The notes below the pieces were generated by a model that saw only the letters and a program-made list of their open reading frames with translations, did not search any database and was not told where the DNA came from. Below, one piece after another: positions 16,501 through 21,448 of a stretch of 21,448 bases of DNA (positions within the stretch are counted from its first letter, which is position 1; each line of letters begins with the position of its first letter). The translations under genes were made by a program, and so were the position numbers. The DNA lies in NCBI GenBank assembly GCA_031459535.1, contig JAVKIJ010000054.1, positions 1-21,448 on the forward strand, written 5' to 3'. The stretch comes from Candidatus Fervidifonticultor quintus. GTDB lineage: Bacteria > Sysuimicrobiota > Sysuimicrobiia > Sysuimicrobiales > Humicultoraceae.

Positions 16501-17171
16501 GTAAGGATGTCAACATCCTGGTCCTGGACACCGAGGTGTATTCCAACACGGGTGGCCAGCAGTCCAAGTCCACGCCGCGCGGGGCCGCCGCCAAGTTCGC
16601 CTCAGCCGGCAAGGCTGTAGCCAAGAAAGATCTGGCCATGATGGCCATGACCTATGGCAACGTGTACGTGGCGCGTGTGGCATTTGGGGCCAAGGACGAG
16701 CAGACGCTGCGGGCCTTCGAGGAGGCCGATTCATTCCCCGGCCCGTCGCTCATCGTGGCGTACGCCCCGTGCATCATGCACGGCTACGATCTGGCCTACA
16801 ACGCCGAGCAGCAGAAGCTGGCGGTGGACACGGGCTACTGGCCCCTGCTGCGGTTCGACCCGCGGCGTATCGCCGAGGGCAAGAGCCCGCTGCAGCTGGA
16901 TTCCGGGCCGCCCAGAGTCGATCTGGCCCAGTTTGCGTATAATGAAACACGTTTCCGCATGGTGGAGCACATGGACCGGCAGCGGGCGCTGGAGCTGCTG
17001 GAGGCCGCGCGCCGCGACGTGCGGGCCCGCTATGCAGCCTACGAGATGCTGGCCCAGGCGCTGCCGCCCAACGGCGCTAAGCCCACACCCAGGCCCGCGC
17101 CCCCTCAGCCCGCCGTCACTCCGGCGCCGGTGACCCCGGCCTCTGCGGCCTCTGACGGGGTGGCGGACTGA
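13518..17171 (+). CDS. nifJ: Pyruvate:ferredoxin (flavodoxin) oxidoreductase, single-chain type
   Basis: YPITPSS, EMQSEGGAAG, FTASQGLLLM, GLGADGTVGANK, two 4Fe-4S motifs (CIQCNKCVFVCP; CTGCSLCVMVCP), GACAGCGE, ANATGCSSI and the TPP motif GGDGWAYDIG. GAGGAGG RBS. Confidence 0.97.
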   Translation: MNQATKRQTITLDGNEATASVAYRVSEVIAIYPITPSSPMGEFADEWAAMGQPNIWGVVPQVVEMQSEGGAAGAVHGALQTGALTTTFTASQGLLLMIPNMYKIAGELTAYAMHVSARTIATHALSIFGDHSDVMACRQIGFAMLASGSVQEAHDLAAIAHAATLRARVPFLHFFDGFRTSHEVARIERLSDDDLRAMMSEELIRAHRERALSPDRPVLRGSAQNPDTFFQAREACNPFYLACPDIVQAAMDTFAGLTGRQYHLFDYVGHPEAERVIVLMGSGAETAHETVEWMLNSGEKVGVLKVRLYRPFSAKAFVETLPATVRAIAALDRTKEPGALGEPLYQDVVTALREYGETRFGTEPRVIGGRYGLSSKEFTPAMVFAVFAELAKANPKRHFTIGINDDVTGLSLPFDPDLDIEPDDVTRAVFFGLGADGTVGANKNSIKIIGEETPYYAQGYFVYDSRKSGAITTSHLRFGLRPIRSAYLIRRANFVACHQWPFMEKYDMLSYAQPGATFLLNAPYGPDEVWDHLTRDVQEQIIAKRLKFYVIDALDVAHRTGMGGRINSVMQTCFFALSGVLPREEAIAKIKEAIQKTYGRKGDEVVRRNWEAVDQTLANLYEVQVPERVTAQRSLPPTVPPEAPDFVKNITAMMMAQKGDMLPVSAFQPDGTWPTGTTQWEKRNIANEIPVWERDLCIQCNKCVFVCPHAVIRAKIVEPTLLQEAPPTFKSMPYRSPEIKGHAYVLQVAPEDCTGCSLCVMVCPAKDKTNPKRKAINMAPQLPLREQERENWNFFLTLPDFDRAKLRHNVKESQFLRPLFEFSGACAGCGETPYIKLMTQLFGDRLLIANATGCSSIYGGNLPTTPYTTNQDGRGPAWANSLFEDNAEFGLGMRLAIDKLAQQARELVERLRSLLGSDLADELLNADQSSEAGIAAQRARVGALRARLAGSDLPEARRLLVIADYLVRKSVWIVGGDGWAYDIGYGGLDHVLSLGKDVNILVLDTEVYSNTGGQQSKSTPRGAAAKFASAGKAVAKKDLAMMAMTYGNVYVARVAFGAKDEQTLRAFEEADSFPGPSLIVAYAPCIMHGYDLAYNAEQQKLAVDTGYWPLLRFDPRRIAEGKSPLQLDSGPPRVDLAQFAYNETRFRMVEHMDRQRALELLEAARRDVRARYAAYEMLAQALPPNGAKPTPRPAPPQPAVTPAPVTPASAASDGVAD

Positions 17172-17182
17172 GGGGGTCGGTC

Positions 17183-18175
17183 ATGGACCTGACCACGACC
17201 TACCTCGGCCTGCGCCTGGCTTCTCCTCTCATGCCGGGCGCCTCACCGATGGTGGACGATCTGGACACGGTCAGGCGCCTGGAAGATGCGGGCGCGGCAG
17301 CCATCGTCATGCACTCCCTGTTCGAGGAGCAGATCGTCCAGGAGCAGCTCGCCACGATTCATCACATGGAGGCGCACGCCGAGTCCTTTGCGGAGGCCGT
17401 CTCGTATTTCCCGAGGCCGGCCGAGTTCACCCTGGGCCCCGAGCAGTATCTGGCCCAGATCGAGCGCATCAAGCGCACGGTCCGCATTCCGGTCATCGCG
17501 TCCCTCAATGGGGTCACGCCCGGCGGGTGGGTGGCCTACGCGCGCCAGATGCAGGGCGCGGGTGCCGACGCCCTCGAGCTGAACGTCTACTACCTGGCCA
17601 CCGACCCGGCAGAACCGTCTGCGGTGGTGGAGCAGCGGACGCTGGACATCGTGGCCGCCGTCAGGCGTACAGTGACCATCCCGGTGGCCGTGAAGCTCTC
17701 GCCGTTCTTCTCGTCGCTGGCGCACTTCGCCGCGGCGCTGGTCCGCGCCGGCGCGGACGGCCTGGTGCTCTTCAACCGCTTCTACCAACCCGAGATCGAC
17801 ATCGAGCTCCTGGAAGTGATCCCCCGGCTCGAGCTGTCCACCAGCAGCGAACTCCTGCTGCGGCTGCGGTGGCTGGCGGTGCTGCGCGACCGGGTGGCGG
17901 CTTCGTTGGCCGTGACCGGAGGTGTGCACACGGCCGCCGATGCCATCAAGGCCATCATGGCCGGCGCCGACGCCGTGCAGATGGTCTCCGCTCTGTTGCG
18001 CCACGGGCCCGAGCACCTGCGCGCGGTGAGAGGGGACCTGGAGACGTGGATGCGGGAGCACGAGTACGAATCGCTGGCCCAGATGCGCGGCAGCATGAGC
18101 CATGCCCGCTGCCCGGACCCGGCGGCGTTCGAGCGAGCCAACTACGTCCGGGTGCTGCAGGGCTGGAAGGCGTGA
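17183..18175 (+). CDS. Dihydroorotate dehydrogenase-like FMN protein (DHOD-like, PFOR-associated)
   Basis: MDLTTTYLGLRLASP, SLFEEQI, IPVIASLNG, ADALELNVYY, PVAVKLSPFF, LVLFNRFYQP, TGGVH and FERANY. It starts 11 nt after nifJ. Confidence 0.9.
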   Translation: MDLTTTYLGLRLASPLMPGASPMVDDLDTVRRLEDAGAAAIVMHSLFEEQIVQEQLATIHHMEAHAESFAEAVSYFPRPAEFTLGPEQYLAQIERIKRTVRIPVIASLNGVTPGGWVAYARQMQGAGADALELNVYYLATDPAEPSAVVEQRTLDIVAAVRRTVTIPVAVKLSPFFSSLAHFAAALVRAGADGLVLFNRFYQPEIDIELLEVIPRLELSTSSELLLRLRWLAVLRDRVAASLAVTGGVHTAADAIKAIMAGADAVQMVSALLRHGPEHLRAVRGDLETWMREHEYESLAQMRGSMSHARCPDPAAFERANYVRVLQGWKA

Positions 18176-18197
18176 CGAGGAGCGGGGAGGTGCCACG

Positions 18198-18704
18198 GTG
18201 ATCAGCGCCAAGATGAATAAGGCGATCAACGAGCAGATCGGTCGCGAGTTCGGGGCATCGCTGCAGTACATCGCCATCGCGGCACACTTCGACACCCAGA
18301 ATCTGCCGCGTCTGGCCCGGTACTTCTACCGACAGGCCGAGGAGGAGCACGAGCACGCCATGCGCTTCCTCCGCTACCTGATCGACGCGGGCGCCCGGGT
18401 CGCGATTCCTGAGGTGGGCGCTCCCAGGGGCGAGTTCGGCTCGGCCGAGGAGGCCGTGAAGCTCTCGCTGCGCTGGGAGGAAGACGTGACCAAGCAGATC
18501 CACGGGTTGATGGATCTGGCGATCAAAGAGAACGACCATACCACGCAGCACATGCTGCAGTGGTTCATCAACGAGCAGCTCGAGGAAGTCTCGAGCATGG
18601 AGCGCCTGCTCAGCGTCGTCCGGCGGGCCGGCGAGGGCAACCTGCTCCTGGTGGAAGATTTCGTCGCGCGAGAGGGGCACCCCGAGGAGAAGGGCGGCGG
18701 CTGA
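18198..18704 (+). CDS. ftnA: Non-heme ferritin
   Basis: GTG 18198 follows GGGGAGGT. INEQIGREFGASLQY, QAEEEHEHAMRF, WEEDVT and LQWFINEQLEEV show intact ferroxidase-centre residues. Length is 168 aa. Confidence 0.9.
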   Translation: MISAKMNKAINEQIGREFGASLQYIAIAAHFDTQNLPRLARYFYRQAEEEHEHAMRFLRYLIDAGARVAIPEVGAPRGEFGSAEEAVKLSLRWEEDVTKQIHGLMDLAIKENDHTTQHMLQWFINEQLEEVSSMERLLSVVRRAGEGNLLLVEDFVAREGHPEEKGGG

Positions 18705-18716
18705 TCTCCGGCAGGT

Positions 18717-21448
18717 CTACACGGCTTCGACGGCCCTGACCCGGGCGCTGGCGAGGAAGATCTCCCGCAGGTCGTCGGGCAGCGAGGCGGCCAGGCGCGC
18801 GTGCAGCCGCTGCAGGCCCGTGCGGTCTTCGTCCCGGTGGAAGAAGTGCAGGCGCCACTCGAGCGACGCGCGTGTCATGATGGCGTGCTCGCCCGCCTCG
18901 GCTGCCGCCACCGCCTCGTCCATGTGCGCCGCGGCGGCGTCAAGCCGGCCGTCGTGGATCGCCAGGAAGCCGTCGAGGAGGGCGAGCCCGGCGCGGCCGG
19001 CCGGGGTCTTGAGCCGGACTACGGTGGGCCGGCGGCCGTCTGCGAAGCGTTGCAGGTCGCCGATGCGGCCTGTACGCCAGAGCCCCTCGCCGATGAAGTA
19101 GCACGCGTAGGCCTCGACTGGGGCGAAGCTGCCCGCGGGCAGGGTCAGCACCTGGTCCAGCACCCGGCGCAGCCCCTCGTGGTCTCCGTCGATCTGCGCC
19201 AGGTACGACGCTGCCAGGAGCGTGACCAGTTGCCAGCCGAAGCTCCGCGCGTCGAACCGGGCTCCGACCTGGAAGGCCTCTCGGGCGCGCTCGATGTCGC
19301 CGATCTCGTGGTACATCTGGCCGAGAAACGTGTGGAGGAACGGGAGTTCCGCAGGCGTGACCTGCTGCGCCGAGGGTAGCACGTCCAGAGTGAGCCGGAT
19401 GGCCTCACCCCACTCGCCCAGATCCTGGAGGGCCTGTGCCAGGAATTCCCGGGCGTAAGCTACGCGCCTGCGATCGCCGATAGACTCCGCCAGCGCCATG
19501 GCGGCATGGGCGTACTCGATGCCCATGCTCGGGCGGCCGGTCCAGTTGTGAACGACGCTGAGGTAGCTGAGGCTGGTGGCCTCCCTGGACCGATCCCCGG
19601 CCGCACGCGCCGCGACCAGGGCTTCCTGGGCGGCCGCGACGGCCTCATCGCCGTTCCCCAGCGCCAGGTGCGTCATGCACCGGAGGTTGAGGGCTCGAGC
19701 CAGACCCGCTCCCTCGCTAGCCTCGCGCAGTAGCACGATCCCTTCGCCCAGCAACCGGTCCGTGGCGTGCAAGTCCCCGCGGTCCCAGTGGACCGTGGCG
19801 AGGTCGACCAGGGACAGGCCCAACGTGACGCGGTCGCCGATGGCGCGGGCCCCGCGAGCGGCCTGGGCAAAGTGGCTCTCGGCCTCCTCCACGCGCCCCT
19901 CGCGGTGATGGACGAGCCCCACGCGGTTCTCCAGCGCAACCTCGAGACCCTGGTCGCCCAGCCGCCTCGCCTCGGCCAGCCCCGCTTCGAAGTCCGCCAG
20001 GGCCGCGGCATACGTGCCGAGGTGCTGGTGGACCTCCCCTCGCTCAAGGAAGAGCCGGGGGATCTGGTCGGTCAGGCTGGCCCGCCGCGCCGACTCCATG
20101 GCCTGGTCGTAGAGGCGGATAGCATCGGCATTCGCGTACTGTCGCCGGGCCTTGCCGGCAGCCCGGCGCAGGTATCCGGCAGCCCGGGCATCGTCGCCGG
20201 CCAGCCGGAGGTGCTCGGCGACAACCTCGATGACCTCTTCGATGCGAGGCCCCAGGCGGGCCTCGAACCACCGCGCGGCTTCTCCGTGGGCGCGCTGGCG
20301 CTGCGAACGCGGCAGCATGCCGTAGGCGACGTCCCTGGTCAGGTTGTGGCGGAAGGCGTACTCGTCTTCGTCGGCAATCGTCGACTGCAGCCGCCGGGCC
20401 ACGAACTCCTTGGCCACCAGGCCGGCGGTGGCGCGGACAGCGTCCTCGGGGGCGAGGCCTGCGAGCTGCGCCGCAACCGATGTCCAGAAGGTCCGGCCGA
20501 TCACCGCCCCGGCCTGCAAGATGCGGCGCTCGTCGTGGGGGAGGCGATCGATGCGCGAGGTGATGACGGCCTGGACCGAGTCGGGAATCGTGACGGGGCC
20601 GCCTGGCGGACTTGCTGCGGCGCCTTCCACCAGCATGCGCACCAGTTCCTCCGCGAACAGCGGGTTGCCCTCGGCGCGCTCGGCGATCATCAGCCGGAGC
20701 TCGGGCGACAGCTCGTCCTGTGCGAGAGCCTCTACCAGGCGCGCGGTGTCCTCGGCCCGCAGCGGCCGCAGGTCAATGGTCATGGCGTTGCGCCCACCGC
20801 CCCATCCGGAGCGGCGCTCGAGCAGGTCCGGGCGCCCCAGGCAGAGCAACAACAGCGCAGCGTCGTCGGTGCCGGCGATCACGGACTGCAGCAGGTCCAG
20901 GACGGCGTCGTCGGCCCAGTGCATGTCTTCGAAGATGGCCACCACCGGGCGCGAGGCGGCCAGGCAGACAAACAGCCTCCTCCAGGCGGCAAACAGCCTG
21001 TTGCGCACTTCTCCAGGATCGGTCCCCGCACCGTTGGTCAGCGCGAAGGTGAGCAACAATCCCTCCAGGAGGTCGGGCTGTTCCGGCACGGCACCATGGA
21101 GCCACGCCTGCAGCTTGGTGCGCACGGCATCCGGTGGATCGCTATCGAGCACCCCGCTCTGAGCCCTGAGGATGTCCTGCAGCGCGTGGTAGCCGATCTG
21201 ACCGCCTAGCGCCAGACTCCGGCCGCGCAGCACGAGCGGTGGCGGAGTCGCCTCGCGCAGTTCGGCGAGCAGCTCGCGCACCAGGCGGCTCTTGCCGATC
21301 CCGGGCTGTCCGAGCAGCGTGACCAGGTGGGTGGTCCTGTCGGTTGCGGTCCGCTCGTACAACTGGCGCAGCAGGCTCAACTCGAGGTGGCGGCCGAGCA
21401 GCGGGGCGCTGCGCCGGCGGGACTCGTGCCGCTGCGGGAAGGGGGCCA
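18717..21448 (-). CDS. STAND-class AAA ATPase with C-terminal TPR repeats (partial; N-terminus outside the window, possibly a class III nucleotide cyclase or SARP domain)
   Basis: The frame stays open to the window edge (..APLLGRHLELSLL..). Walker A GQPGIGKS, Walker B VAIFEDMHWAD, GNPLFAEEL, FRHNLTRDVAY, then many TPR-like helices. No C-terminal LuxR HTH. Confidence 0.9.
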   Translation of the reverse strand, partial: APFPQRHESRRRSAPLLGRHLELSLLRQLYERTATDRTTHLVTLLGQPGIGKSRLVRELLAELREATPPPLVLRGRSLALGGQIGYHALQDILRAQSGVLDSDPPDAVRTKLQAWLHGAVPEQPDLLEGLLLTFALTNGAGTDPGEVRNRLFAAWRRLFVCLAASRPVVAIFEDMHWADDAVLDLLQSVIAGTDDAALLLLCLGRPDLLERRSGWGGGRNAMTIDLRPLRAEDTARLVEALAQDELSPELRLMIAERAEGNPLFAEELVRMLVEGAAASPPGGPVTIPDSVQAVITSRIDRLPHDERRILQAGAVIGRTFWTSVAAQLAGLAPEDAVRATAGLVAKEFVARRLQSTIADEDEYAFRHNLTRDVAYGMLPRSQRQRAHGEAARWFEARLGPRIEEVIEVVAEHLRLAGDDARAAGYLRRAAGKARRQYANADAIRLYDQAMESARRASLTDQIPRLFLERGEVHQHLGTYAAALADFEAGLAEARRLGDQGLEVALENRVGLVHHREGRVEEAESHFAQAARGARAIGDRVTLGLSLVDLATVHWDRGDLHATDRLLGEGIVLLREASEGAGLARALNLRCMTHLALGNGDEAVAAAQEALVAARAAGDRSREATSLSYLSVVHNWTGRPSMGIEYAHAAMALAESIGDRRRVAYAREFLAQALQDLGEWGEAIRLTLDVLPSAQQVTPAELPFLHTFLGQMYHEIGDIERAREAFQVGARFDARSFGWQLVTLLAASYLAQIDGDHEGLRRVLDQVLTLPAGSFAPVEAYACYFIGEGLWRTGRIGDLQRFADGRRPTVVRLKTPAGRAGLALLDGFLAIHDGRLDAAAAHMDEAVAAAEAGEHAIMTRASLEWRLHFFHRDEDRTGLQRLHARLAASLPDDLREIFLASARVRAVEAV

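Noticed and set aside
17183-18175. pyrD assignment
   Set aside because: The catalytic Cys/Ser loop is missing and no pyr genes are nearby.
18102-18197. Extended ferritin N-terminus from ATG 18102
   Set aside because: It overlaps the DHOD-like gene. GTG 18198 has a strong RBS and gives a canonical ferritin length.
1-21448. CRISPR array, tRNA/rRNA, prophage, or selenocysteine recoding
   Set aside because: I saw no spaced direct repeats, cloverleaf motifs, phage genes or in-frame TGA within conserved domains. Intergenic gaps are all under about 200 nt.

Overview
High-GC bacterial chromosomal window (roughly 70% GC by eye), densely coding. I found no rRNA, tRNA, CRISPR array or transposase. Gene order: 3' end of an unidentified CDS; MBL-fold hydrolase with a likely signal peptide; PpsR/PDRP kinase-pyrophosphorylase; a minus-strand block (endonuclease V homologue, LCP protein, ring-cleaving dioxygenase, Ysc84/SYLF protein, Fsr-like MFS); a long plus-strand block (exported beta-propeller, MFS, M20 peptidase, membrane-anchored PilZ protein, fused ADP-forming acyl-CoA synthetase, PFOR/NifJ, DHOD-like flavoprotein, ferritin); and a convergent, 5'-truncated STAND ATPase-TPR gene. 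Most notable: (i) an EndoV homologue that keeps the lesion-recognition wedge but appears to have lost 3 of 4 metal-binding catalytic positions; (ii) an ACD-PFOR-DHOD-like-ferritin fermentative cluster whose DHOD-like protein lacks the catalytic Cys; (iii) two genes that seem to need non-canonical start codons; (iv) switch-like structured leaders. All family calls come from motif recognition by eye, not database searches.
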